From NCBI GenBank assembly GCA_963741495.1, contig CAVUID010000018.1, forward strand, positions 110,542 through 174,541: a stretch of 64,000 nt of DNA, written 5' to 3'. Position 1 is the stretch's first letter, and every line of letters starts with the position of its first letter. Below are positions 29,786 to 39,877 of this stretch, piece by piece. Under the pieces are notes generated by a model. The model ran no database searches and was not told the DNA's origin. It was given only the letters and a program-made list of their open reading frames with translations. The position numbers and the translations under genes were made by a program. This DNA is from an uncultured Gammaproteobacteria bacterium. GTDB taxonomy: Bacteria > Pseudomonadota > Gammaproteobacteria > Burkholderiales > Sulfuricellaceae.

Positions 29786-30334
29786 TTACGCGTCGCGGGC
29801 TTTTGCGACCATGACCAGCGCCGGGCGCAGGATGCGGTCGTGCAACTGGTAGCCTTTCTGCAATACTGTGACTACCGTATTGGGTTCGGCGTCGCTGTCC
29901 ACCATGCTGATGGCCTGGTGCTTGTGTGGATCAAATTTTTCACCGGCCGGATTGAGCTCGGCGATGCTGGATTTTTCAAAGGCGGAGACCAGCTGCTTCA
30001 GGGTCAGTTCGACACCGCTCTTGAGACTCTCAATGGTGGCCGTTTCCACAGCTAACGCTGCTTCCAGGCTGTCCTTAACTGCCAATAATTCGCTGGAAAA
30101 GTTTTCCACCGCGTATTTGTGTGCATTGGCGACGTCGGTCTGGGCGCGTTTGCGGATGTTTTCGGCATCCGCCTTGGCGCGCAGCCAGGCATCGTGGTGC
30201 TCCTGCGCAGCCAGCTCGGCCTGCTTGAGCAGCTCTTCCGGGCTGGGCATGGTGTCGATCTTGCCATCTTCAGCCATGGGCACGGTTTGTGTGGTTTCTT
30301 CGTGTTGTTCCAGTGTGGGTTGCTCGTCTTGCAT
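29786..30334 (-). CDS. grpE: nucleotide exchange factor GrpE
   Basis: 182 aa from MQDEQPT (GGAGG lies 6 nt upstream of ATG 30334): ...[18 protein letters not shown]...[16 protein letters not shown]. Confidence 0.95.
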   Translation of the reverse strand: MQDEQPTLEQHEETTQTVPMAEDGKIDTMPSPEELLKQAELAAQEHHDAWLRAKADAENIRKRAQTDVANAHKYAVENFSSELLAVKDSLEAALAVETATIESLKSGVELTLKQLVSAFEKSSIAELNPAGEKFDPHKHQAISMVDSDAEPNTVVTVLQKGYQLHDRILRPALVMVAKARDA

Positions 30335-30361
30335 GAATCGCCTCCTAATCAACTGGAGGCA

Positions 30362-30390
30362 ACATGGGCGCTGTTTTGCCCATTTCAAGC
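30362..30390 (-). promoter_or_regulatory. sigma-32 heat-shock promoter candidate for grpE-dnaK-dnaJ
   Basis: The minus strand reads CTTGAAA-14 nt-CCCATGTT, about 30 nt upstream of the grpE ATG. The sigma-32 consensus is CTTGAAA-N13-14-CCCCATNT. Confidence 0.55.
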
Positions 30391-30455
30391 ACATGGTTTT
30401 GAAAAATTGTGTTTCAGAGGCGAGGGGGGCGGGAAAATCCGGTCAATGCTTGAAG

Positions 30456-30579
30456 CTAGTGTAGTGCTTTAGAATTATTGGAGCTTATTCACTGAGCCTG
30501 TAGGTCGGTCTGAAGACCGACCTACAACACCAGATTCCACGCGGCGCTAAGTTCCAAACAGAATGGAGCACTACACTAG
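30456..30579. repeat. 124-bp element bounded by 13-bp perfect inverted repeats
   Basis: ctagtgtagtgct ... agcactacactag, with an internal perfect hairpin gtaggtcggtc-tgaa-gaccgacctac. Confidence 0.75.
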
Positions 30580-30588
30580 CAGCCTGTT

Positions 30589-31650
30589 TCAGACGGCGAG
30601 GTCAACCTGTTGTATGGTGCCGGCGGCGCCGTCCTCGCCAAGATAGATGCCGGTGGAGCGGATCTGGCCGTCGAGGCGGTTGCTGGCGTCCTTGATGCTG
30701 AATTCAGTCGAGGCATTGCCAAGGTACAGCGCACCCACACCGACTGCCTTCAGTGTCACGAACTGGTCATTGCCCTGGGCGTCCTTGCTCCATACCTTGA
30801 GTAGCGAAAATACGGCATCGTTCTCGTCGATCCACCGGTTGCCGTCCTGATCATAAGCCGCAAGCTCACTGAAACCGTTGCCGCTGGCCGGGCCGAACAG
30901 CTCGCTGCCGTTGTTGATCTTGCCATCCTGGTTCTTGTCGAGGGCGAGAAAGCCACTGCCGGGGACAACAAAGGAAATCTGCTCGGCGCTGCCGTCCGCA
31001 TCGAGGTCGAAGCTGAACCTGGCGGCAGTCAATTGAGCAGCGCTGCCACTGAAGTTGATAACCAGAGGGTCTTTAGCCTGTTGCGCTGCATCGCCCAGGC
31101 GCAGGCTGACATCGCTTTGTTCCAGATACTCGCGGCTCATGGAGAGTTGCAGATCGAAGGTGATTTCCCTGCCATCGGCGGTTCTGACGATGCCCCGGGC
31201 ATGAAAACGAGTTTGTTCGGCTTCGTAATGGGTTTCATGGCGCTCATATTCGACGCCATAACCGGCAGACTGCGCAGCAACCTGTTTCCCGGCGGTCTTG
31301 GGGTCCTGCAGGGGCGCCTGCGACGGTGCGCTGGTGACCTGCAAGTCTTTCATCGACAGGATGCGGATTTTCCTGCCGGTCATGGCTTCTACCATGCTGA
31401 TGAGCAATTGCATGCGCGGGTCATTGTCCACGGCTTCCTGGGTATCCGAAACGGCATCGGATTTTTGTGCCGCCTGGCCCCGTTCGGAAATGGAAACCCG
31501 GTCCACGGCGGGGCGATTGGCAGCCCTGCCGCGCCCCTCGAAATCCGGGCGTTCCGTTCCAGCCCAGGCGCGCAATGATTCGCGCACCGAGTGTTTTTCC
31601 ACGCTGCTATGCTGGCTGCTTAAAACGATGTCTGAACTGGCGATTTTCAT
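30589..31650 (-). CDS. conserved-looking hypothetical protein with EF-hand-like Asp-rich motifs
   Basis: 353 aa from ATG 31650 (AAGGGA SD). The C-terminal half has DLDADGSAE, DKNQDGKINNGSELFG and YDQDGNRWIDENDAVF motifs (DxDxDG calcium-binding-like). No signal peptide is seen. Confidence 0.6.
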   Translation of the reverse strand: MKIASSDIVLSSQHSSVEKHSVRESLRAWAGTERPDFEGRGRAANRPAVDRVSISERGQAAQKSDAVSDTQEAVDNDPRMQLLISMVEAMTGRKIRILSMKDLQVTSAPSQAPLQDPKTAGKQVAAQSAGYGVEYERHETHYEAEQTRFHARGIVRTADGREITFDLQLSMSREYLEQSDVSLRLGDAAQQAKDPLVINFSGSAAQLTAARFSFDLDADGSAEQISFVVPGSGFLALDKNQDGKINNGSELFGPASGNGFSELAAYDQDGNRWIDENDAVFSLLKVWSKDAQGNDQFVTLKAVGVGALYLGNASTEFSIKDASNRLDGQIRSTGIYLGEDGAAGTIQQVDLAV

Positions 31651-31754
31651 GATCAATCCCTTGAAGAAAAATGCAAGTTTCCAGCGTTTTCTTGGGATTG
31701 TTGGGTGGGGAAGCTTGCCTTTTATTTAGCGGCAGCGTGGGCCGGAACTTTAAC

Positions 31755-31894
31755 GTGAAACAGTTTTGTGAAGCGTGAAGTCACTCGCTGCGCTTTGTTT
31801 GTGAAGCGTGAAATGTAAAACACTCCCCGGAGTCTGCTCTTACATTTCACACTTCACAGCAAGGGCGCAGCCCAAGCGGCTTCACATTTCACTC
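31755..31894. repeat. compound (nested) heptamer-array palindromic element
   Basis: gtgaagc gtgaagt cactcg...gtgaagc gtgaaat gtaaaac - loop - ttacatttcac acttcac ...gcggcttcac atttcac. It shares the GTGAAGY-CACTCG module with the 47021 copy. Confidence 0.85.
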
Positions 31895-31921
31895 ATTTTT
31901 ATGATTCCGGGCGGCAATCCG

Positions 31922-33013
31922 TTAATCCTTTGCCCCCATGGCAAGCGCGCGGGCCTTGCTTTCCTGGACGGTGGCGGGGTCGGGCGTCTCCTGCAGCCAG
32001 CCTTGCAGGTGGTTTAGGGTGATGTCGCACAAGGCGCGGATCCAGTCGTCACGCTCGTTGAGGCAGGGGATGTAATGAAATTCCTGACCGCCGGCATTGA
32101 GGAAATCCGCCTTGCATTCCATGGCGATTTCTTCCAGGGTTTCAAGGCAGTCAGCGGCAAAGCCGGGGCAGATTACGTCCACCCTTTTGACCCCTTTTTT
32201 GCCCAGCATTTGCAGGGTGGGGGCCGTGTAGGGCTGGATCCATTCGGCGCGACCGAAGCGCGACTGAAATGTGACCAGGAATCGATCGGGGGTGAGGCCC
32301 AGCGCTTCAGCCAGCAGACGCCCGGTTTTATGGCATTCGCAGTGATAGGGGTCGCCCTTGTCCAGCGTGTATCGGGGCACGCCGTGAAAGCTCATGATCA
32401 GCTGGTCCGGGCGGCCATGCTGCTGCCAGTGGTCGCGCACGCTGTTGGCCAGTGCGTCTATATAACCGGGGTGGTCGTGATAATGTTTTACTGTCCGCAG
32501 TTCCGGCATGTTGCGGCTCTCCAGCAGCGTCTGGAACACCGCATCCAGCGCCGATGCCGTGCTGCTCGCAGCGTATTGCGGATAAAGTGGCAAGGCGAGA
32601 ATGCGTTCACAGCCCTGTTCCCGCAGCGACGCGATGGCCGAGGGCACGGACGGATTGCCATAACGCATGGCGAATTCGATCGCCAGTGGGGCCTTGGTTC
32701 GTTCCCCAAGGTAGCCTTGCAGCATCTTCGCCTGTTTGCGGGTGTGGGCGAACAGCGGGGAGCCTTCGCGGGTCCAGATCTGGGCGTACTTCTGCGCCGA
32801 TTTGCCGGGGCGGGTGTTGAGAATGATGCCGTTAAGAATCAGCCACCACAGCAGACGTGGAATTTCGACCACGCGCGGGTCGCTCAGAAACTGCTTGAGA
32901 TAGGGGCGCAGCGCCTGCCGGGTGGGTGCGTCCGGGGTGCCGAGATTGATCAGCAGGATGCCGGTTTTGTCTGGAATGCCGTGGGCGTGGGGGGGCTCTG
33001 GAAGATAGGGCAT
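31922..33013 (-). CDS. hemH: ferrochelatase
   Basis: 363 aa: [11 protein letters not shown]...PLYPQY...SFHG(V)P...GDPY family pattern. Confidence 0.93.
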   Translation of the reverse strand: MPYLPEPPHAHGIPDKTGILLINLGTPDAPTRQALRPYLKQFLSDPRVVEIPRLLWWLILNGIILNTRPGKSAQKYAQIWTREGSPLFAHTRKQAKMLQGYLGERTKAPLAIEFAMRYGNPSVPSAIASLREQGCERILALPLYPQYAASSTASALDAVFQTLLESRNMPELRTVKHYHDHPGYIDALANSVRDHWQQHGRPDQLIMSFHGVPRYTLDKGDPYHCECHKTGRLLAEALGLTPDRFLVTFQSRFGRAEWIQPYTAPTLQMLGKKGVKRVDVICPGFAADCLETLEEIAMECKADFLNAGGQEFHYIPCLNERDDWIRALCDITLNHLQGWLQETPDPATVQESKARALAMGAKD

Positions 33014-33019
33014 TTTTTC

Positions 33020-34036
33020 TCAGTGGTAGGAGAGTGCGCTGCCCAGCAGCTTGGCAGTGACGTCCACAATCGGGATGACGCGTTCGTAAGCCATGCGGGT
33101 CGGCCCGATGACACCCAGCGTGCCGACCACCTGGCCATCTATTTCATACGGGGCGGTAACGACGCTGCATTCGTCGAGCGGCACGTGGCCGGATTCGCCG
33201 CCGATGAATATCTGCACCCCCTGCGCGCCCTGGCTGACATCCAGCAGCTGGATCAGCGTGGTTTTCTGCTCGAAGGCATCGAACAGCTTGCGTAGCGAGG
33301 TCATGTTGGAAGACAGGTCGTCCACATGCAGCAGGTTTTTTTCGCCCGAAAGGACATAGCCTTCGCTGGGTTGCAGTGCCTGGCTGCTGGCCTCGAGGGC
33401 TGCGGACATGAGTGCGGTCATGTTGAGGTGCAGGCGTTTCAGTTCTTCCTGCATGCGGGTGCGTGCGTCTTCCAGCGTGCTGCCGGCGTAATTCTGGTTG
33501 AAAAAATTGGCAGCCTGGGTCAGTTCTGACGCGGAATAGGATTTGTCGGTCATGATGATGCGGTTTTGCACATTGTCGTCAGTAGTGACAATGATTAGCA
33601 GAATGCGTTTTTCCGAGAGCGGCAGGAATTCCAGATGGCTAAAGGCCGGCGAGTGACGTTTTGGCGTCATCACAATGCCCGCAAACTGGGTCAGGTCCGA
33701 CAGCAGGCGGGAGGCGGAAGCGATAAGCTGCTGCTTGTCGGCCGGGTGGAGCTGATTTTCCAGTTGGTGGAGTTGAACTGCGTCCAGAGGCTGAATTTTG
33801 AGCAGGGTGTCGACGAAAAAACGATAGCCTCGCGGCGTCGGGATTCTTCCGGCGGAAGTGTGCGGGCTGATGATGAAGCCCATTTCCTCGAGGTCTGCCA
33901 TGGCATTGCGGATGGTGGCAGCGGAGAGGTCGAGGCCGGAATATTTGGACAGCGTGCGCGAGCCAACCGGCTGTCCTTCAGCGATATAGCGTTCGACCAA
34001 TGTTTTCAGCAGTAATTGTGAGCGTTCATTAAGCAT
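33020..34036 (-). CDS. hrcA: heat-inducible transcription repressor HrcA
   Basis: [30 protein letters not shown]...[14 protein letters not shown]...[12 protein letters not shown]. Confidence 0.95.
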   Translation of the reverse strand: MLNERSQLLLKTLVERYIAEGQPVGSRTLSKYSGLDLSAATIRNAMADLEEMGFIISPHTSAGRIPTPRGYRFFVDTLLKIQPLDAVQLHQLENQLHPADKQQLIASASRLLSDLTQFAGIVMTPKRHSPAFSHLEFLPLSEKRILLIIVTTDDNVQNRIIMTDKSYSASELTQAANFFNQNYAGSTLEDARTRMQEELKRLHLNMTALMSAALEASSQALQPSEGYVLSGEKNLLHVDDLSSNMTSLRKLFDAFEQKTTLIQLLDVSQGAQGVQIFIGGESGHVPLDECSVVTAPYEIDGQVVGTLGVIGPTRMAYERVIPIVDVTAKLLGSALSYH

Positions 34037-34096
34037 CGTCCCATTTTACTGATTTGCATCTCTTGCGGGCAATAACTTGCGGTTATAATTCCTGCA

Positions 34097-34969
34097 ATGA
34101 ATACACCCTTCCAGACGGTTGCCCTGATTGGCAAATACAATAGCGCCGAGCTAGGCGAGCCTTTGTTGCGTCTGGCGGCTTTTCTCAGGCAGCGCAATCT
34201 GGAGGTATTGCTGGCGCAACAGACTGCAGAGCGCATCGGGCCGGTGCCTTATGCCGCAGTGAGCATGGCCGAAATCGGTGCGCGCGCTGATCTGGCCGTG
34301 GTCCTTGGCGGCGATGGCACGATGCTGAACATTGCGCGCGAGCTGATCGAATTCGATGTGCCACTCGTGGGCGTGAATCAGGGGCGGCTGGGTTTTCTGA
34401 CTGATGTTTCCATAGAGCAAATGCTTGGAACCATGGAGGAAATACTTGAGGGCGAATACACCGCCGAGGAGCGTTTTCTGCTTCACACCGCCGTGCGCCG
34501 TCAGGGGCAGATTGTTTTTCAGGCCTATGCTTTTAATGATGTGGCGGTGAGCAAGGGGGTGTCAGGGCGCCTGATCGAGCTGGAGGTGTTCATCGATGGC
34601 CAGTTTGTCTATAGCCAGCGCTCCGATGGGTTGGTGGTGGCGACGCCTACTGGATCCACGGCTTATGCCTTGTCCGCCGGTGGCCCCATTCTGCATCCCA
34701 CGCTGGAAGCGATGGTGCTGGTGCCGATTTGCCCGCATACCCTGAGCAATCGTCCGATTGCGGTCAATAGCCATAGCGTGGTGGAAATTCTCGTATTGCA
34801 CGCGGTTGATGCCACTGCGCACTTCGATGGCCAGAGCCATATGGATCTGCAACAGAATGACTGGGTCGTGGCGCGTCGTTCAGAAAACAACATTCGCCTG
34901 ATTCATCCGCTGGGTCACAGTTATTACGATACCTTGCGCCAGAAGTTGCATTGGGGTGAGAAGCTTTAA
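34097..34969 (+). CDS. nadK: NAD kinase
   Basis: LGGDGTML...GVNQGRLGFLT...SDGLVVATPTGSTAYALSAGGPI. Confidence 0.95.
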   Translation: MNTPFQTVALIGKYNSAELGEPLLRLAAFLRQRNLEVLLAQQTAERIGPVPYAAVSMAEIGARADLAVVLGGDGTMLNIARELIEFDVPLVGVNQGRLGFLTDVSIEQMLGTMEEILEGEYTAEERFLLHTAVRRQGQIVFQAYAFNDVAVSKGVSGRLIELEVFIDGQFVYSQRSDGLVVATPTGSTAYALSAGGPILHPTLEAMVLVPICPHTLSNRPIAVNSHSVVEILVLHAVDATAHFDGQSHMDLQQNDWVVARRSENNIRLIHPLGHSYYDTLRQKLHWGEKL

Positions 34970-36628
34970 ATGCTCCTTTCCTTAAGTATCCGGGATTTTG
35001 TCATTGTTGATCGGTTGGCGCTGGAGTTTGAGCCTGGCTTCACTGTGCTGACCGGTGAAACCGGCGCCGGCAAGTCGATCCTGATCGACGCCCTGGCCCT
35101 GGTGCTGGGTGAACGGGCCGATGCCGGCGTGGTGCGTGCCGGTTGCCAGCGGGCAGAAATTTCGGCTGAATTCGATAGCGCCAAAATCACGGTGCTCGAA
35201 ACGTGGCTGGATGAAAACGGGCTGCTGGATGAGCCCGGTGTGTGCCTGATGCGACGAACCATTGATGAGAGTGGGCGCTCACGTTCATACATCAATGGCG
35301 CTGCCGTTACACTGCAACAGTTGCGCGAGGCGGGGGAGTGCCTGGTCGATATTCACGGCCAGCATGCGCACCAGTCCCTGCTCAAACCAGCGGCTCAGCG
35401 TGAACTTCTCGACGGTTATGCCGGGCTCGGGGCGTTGGCTCGCGAAGTGGCAGGGGATTACCGCAACTGGCAGACCTTGCTTGGCCGTTGCCTGGCGTGG
35501 GAGCAGGATTCCGCCGCTACTGCAGCCGAGCTGGCGCAGCTGGAGTGGCAAGTGCAAGAATTGCAGGCGCTGAACCTGGGGTCGGAAGAATGGGCGGAAT
35601 TGCAGGCTGAGCACGCCCGTCTCGCGCATTCCGCGAGCCTGCTGGAAAATGCCCAATACGCAGTGGAATTGCTTGCCGAGGGCGAGCATGCCCTGCTGCC
35701 TCAGCTCAATGGCTTGATCGGGCGGATCAACAAGGTGCTGGAATTTGATCCCGCGCTGGGCGAGCCTTTGGGTATGCTCGATTCGGCTGCTGCCCAGATG
35801 CAGGAGGCGGCCTACGGCCTGCGTCATTATGTACAACGTCTGGACCTGGACCCTGATCGATTGCGCCAGATCGAGCAGCGGCTGGAGCAAGTCCATGACA
35901 TGGCGCGTAAATACCGGATTGCGGCGGAGCAACTGCCGCAATTGTTGCAGGAGAGTCTCGTTCGGCTGGCTGAGTTGCAGCAGCTTGGCTCGGCAGAGGC
36001 ATTGCGCAGCCAGGAAGCGGAAGCGCATGGGGTTTATATGGCCAGGGCCGGGGAATTGAGTTTGGCCCGGCAGCGTGCGGCGCAGGAACTGGGCTCAAAA
36101 GTAAGCGAGGTGATGCAGCATCTGGCGATGGCCGGCGGCTGCTTCGAAGTCGCGCTCCATGCGCTGGCAGAGGGGAATGCGCATGGCCTGGAGCAGGTGG
36201 ATTTTCTGGTGAGTTCGCATTCCAGCCTGACGCCCAAGCCCCTGGCCAAGGTGGCCTCCGGTGGCGAGCTGTCGCGCATCAGCCTGGCGATTCAGGTGGT
36301 GACCAGCAAAGTGGCGGCAGTCCCCACCCTGATATTCGACGAGGTGGATGTAGGTATCGGCGGCGGCGTGGCGGAAGTGGTGGGCAAAATGTTGCAAGGG
36401 CTGGGAAGCGAGCGCCAGGTGCTTTGCATAACCCATCTGCCCCAGGTGGCGGCTTTGGGCCACCAGCACTGGCGGGTGAGCAAGATTACGCAGGACGGTC
36501 AGGTGGTGAGCCGGATTGAGGTGCTTGATCAGGCGCAGCGTATCGAGGAAGTGGCGCGCATGCTGGGTGGCGTGACCATTACGGATACGACCCGACAGCA
36601 TGCGGCGGAGATGCTGGGGGCGCAGTAA
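34970..36628 (+). CDS. recN: DNA repair protein RecN
   Basis: MLLSLSIRDFVIVD...LTGETGAGKSILIDAL...ASGGELSRISLA...LIFDEVDVGIGG. Confidence 0.95.
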   Translation: MLLSLSIRDFVIVDRLALEFEPGFTVLTGETGAGKSILIDALALVLGERADAGVVRAGCQRAEISAEFDSAKITVLETWLDENGLLDEPGVCLMRRTIDESGRSRSYINGAAVTLQQLREAGECLVDIHGQHAHQSLLKPAAQRELLDGYAGLGALAREVAGDYRNWQTLLGRCLAWEQDSAATAAELAQLEWQVQELQALNLGSEEWAELQAEHARLAHSASLLENAQYAVELLAEGEHALLPQLNGLIGRINKVLEFDPALGEPLGMLDSAAAQMQEAAYGLRHYVQRLDLDPDRLRQIEQRLEQVHDMARKYRIAAEQLPQLLQESLVRLAELQQLGSAEALRSQEAEAHGVYMARAGELSLARQRAAQELGSKVSEVMQHLAMAGGCFEVALHALAEGNAHGLEQVDFLVSSHSSLTPKPLAKVASGGELSRISLAIQVVTSKVAAVPTLIFDEVDVGIGGGVAEVVGKMLQGLGSERQVLCITHLPQVAALGHQHWRVSKITQDGQVVSRIEVLDQAQRIEEVARMLGGVTITDTTRQHAAEMLGAQ

Positions 36629-36630
36629 AA

Positions 36631-36797
36631 CTAGTGGTCTGCTTCGTAAATCAAGGAACATCATGAAAACGATGGATTCCGGTGTATGGCAAGGCGCGAA
36701 CCGCAGCAATAGCCAAGGCTATTGCGAGGATGAGCAACGCCGCCATGGGCCGGAAGACGCGTTTTCATGTTCCGGCATTTGCGAAGCAGACCACTAG
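36631..36797. mobile_element. 167-bp MITE-like element bounded by 16-bp perfect inverted repeats
   Basis: ctagtggtctgcttcg ... cgaagcagaccactag, with an inner inverted pair catgaaaacg/cgttttcatg. It starts 3 nt after the recN stop, and its right terminus supplies the fur stop codon (TAG, 36794-36796). Confidence 0.6.
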
Positions 36798-37219
36798 GCC
36801 TTGTGCGGGCAATCATCCTTGATGCAGTCGGCGTAGAGGTAAAGCGAGTGTTCCTGAATGCGGAAGCCGCGCTCCTTGGCGACCTGCTCCTGCCGACGTT
36901 CGATTTCCGGATCGTAAAACTCTTCTACCAGCCCGCATTGCAAACAGACCAGATGGTCGTGATGGTGACCCTCGTTGAGTTCGAATACCGCCTTGCCGCC
37001 CTCGAAGTGGTGGCGCACCAGCAGTCCCGCCGCCTCGAATTGGGTCAGGACGCGATAAACTGTCGCCAGACCTACATCCACGTCTTCCGCGAGCAGGATG
37101 CGATATACGTCCTCAGCGGTCAGATGGCGTACTTCGCTGGTCTCAAACAGGTTGAGAATTTTTAGCCGCGGCAGCGTGGCCTTGAGGCCGACATTTTTCA
37201 GGTCGTTGGGTTGGCTCAT
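36794..37219 (-). CDS. fur: ferric uptake regulator Fur
   Basis: [12 protein letters not shown]...[14 protein letters not shown]...[14 protein letters not shown]. Confidence 0.92.
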   Translation of the reverse strand: MSQPNDLKNVGLKATLPRLKILNLFETSEVRHLTAEDVYRILLAEDVDVGLATVYRVLTQFEAAGLLVRHHFEGGKAVFELNEGHHHDHLVCLQCGLVEEFYDPEIERRQEQVAKERGFRIQEHSLYLYADCIKDDCPHKA

Positions 37220-37325
37220 AATTGGCTGGCTCGAATGTACCCGGAGGAATAATTTAGGCTATCATAATATAACAAGCTGTTTAAACACAGGCTCGGGGTC
37301 TGTATTAAGCAGCTTGTTAACTTTC

Positions 37326-38561
<1,236 letters not shown>

Positions 38562-38659
38562 TTCACGCAGTTAGTGCAGGCGGGATGGGCGGAAAGCCTG
38601 TCCCGCTTTGCATGTCCGGGCCCGGTTCGGGCCCCTCGATACAGATTCGGAGAGTTCTT

Positions 38660-39790
38660 GTGCCGCAACACCAGCCAGCCATACTCGTGCTCGCAGATGG
38701 AACAGTGTTTCGCGGTATTTCCATTGGCGCGACAGGCCATTCCGTAGGCGAAGTAGTATTCAATACCGCCCTGACCGGCTACCAGGAAATTCTTAGCGAT
38801 CCCTCTTACTGCCGTCAGATTGTTACCCTGACTTACCCCCATATCGGCAACACCGGCGCCAATCCTGAAGATGCCGAGTCCGGCGGGATTCATGCTGCCG
38901 GACTGGTGATTCGTGACCTGCCTCTACTGTCCAGCAACTGGCGTGAAACGGAAACTCTGCCGCAATACCTTCAACGCAATAATGTCGTTGCGATTGCCGA
39001 TATCGATACCCGCAAGTTGACGCGAATTCTGCGCGACAAGGGCGCCCAGAGCGGTTGTCTGATGGCCGGAGAGGTGGATGAGGCCAAGGCGCTGGAGCTG
39101 GCGCGTGGCTTTGCCGGCCTGGCTGGCATGGATCTCGCCAAGGTGGTGACGCGCGCCCAGAGTGAGGTCTGGCTTGAAGGCGAGTGGAAGCTTGAAGGCG
39201 GATTTGGCCAGCAGGCTGCGCCTGAATTCCATGTCGTGGCCTACGATTTTGGCGTCAAGCGCAATATTTTGCGCATGCTCGCAGAACGCGGCTGCAAGGT
39301 GACCGTGCTGCCGGCGCAAACCCCGGTTGAAGAGGTGTTCAAGCTCAATCCGGATGGCGTGTTTTTGTCCAACGGCCCGGGTGATCCGGAGCCATGCGAT
39401 TACGCCATCAATGCGATCCAGAAAGTGCTGGAGAAGAAAATTCCCACTTTTGGCATCTGTCTCGGTCACCAGTTGCTGGCGCTGGCCTCTGGCGCAAAAA
39501 CCATGAAAATGAAATTCGGCCATCATGGCGCCAATCATCCGGTGCAGGATCTGGATAGCGGACGGGTGATGATTACCAGCCAGAACCACGGTTTTGCAGT
39601 GGACCCGGCCACACTGCCAGCCAATTTGCGCGTAACACATAAATCGCTGTTTGATGGCAGTAATCAGGGCATTGCCCGTACCGATGTGCCTGCATTCAGC
39701 TTCCAGGGCCACCCTGAAGCAAGCCCGGGACCACATGATGTGGCTTATCTGTTTGACCGCTTCATAAAATTAATGAGAGAAAGATCGTGA
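38660..39790 (+). CDS. carA: carbamoyl-phosphate synthase small (glutaminase) subunit
   Basis: GTG start after GGAGAG: [14 protein letters not shown]...GICLGHQLL...HGANHPV...QGHPEA. Confidence 0.93.
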   Translation: MPQHQPAILVLADGTVFRGISIGATGHSVGEVVFNTALTGYQEILSDPSYCRQIVTLTYPHIGNTGANPEDAESGGIHAAGLVIRDLPLLSSNWRETETLPQYLQRNNVVAIADIDTRKLTRILRDKGAQSGCLMAGEVDEAKALELARGFAGLAGMDLAKVVTRAQSEVWLEGEWKLEGGFGQQAAPEFHVVAYDFGVKRNILRMLAERGCKVTVLPAQTPVEEVFKLNPDGVFLSNGPGDPEPCDYAINAIQKVLEKKIPTFGICLGHQLLALASGAKTMKMKFGHHGANHPVQDLDSGRVMITSQNHGFAVDPATLPANLRVTHKSLFDGSNQGIARTDVPAFSFQGHPEASPGPHDVAYLFDRFIKLMRERS

Positions 39791-39871
39791 AGGGTGAAAT
39801 GTGAAATGTGAATTTACGCCTGTCAAAATGGCGGCGATTTCACCCTTCACTCTTCACCCTTCACCCTTCAC
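39787..39871. repeat. heptamer-array palindromic element in the carA|carB spacer
   Basis: gtgaagg gtgaaat gtgaaat gtgaatt - 23 nt - tttcacc cttcact cttcacc cttcacc cttcac. It overlaps the carA stop and ends 6 nt before the carB ATG. Confidence 0.9.
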
Positions 39872-39877
39872 GCATTC

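Noticed and set aside
29586-30460. CIRCE (TTAGCACTC-N9-GAGTGCTAA) operator for HrcA near grpE/dnaK or hrcA
   Set aside because: I scanned the grpE, dnaK and hrcA upstream regions by eye and found no match. Only a sigma-32-type promoter was found.
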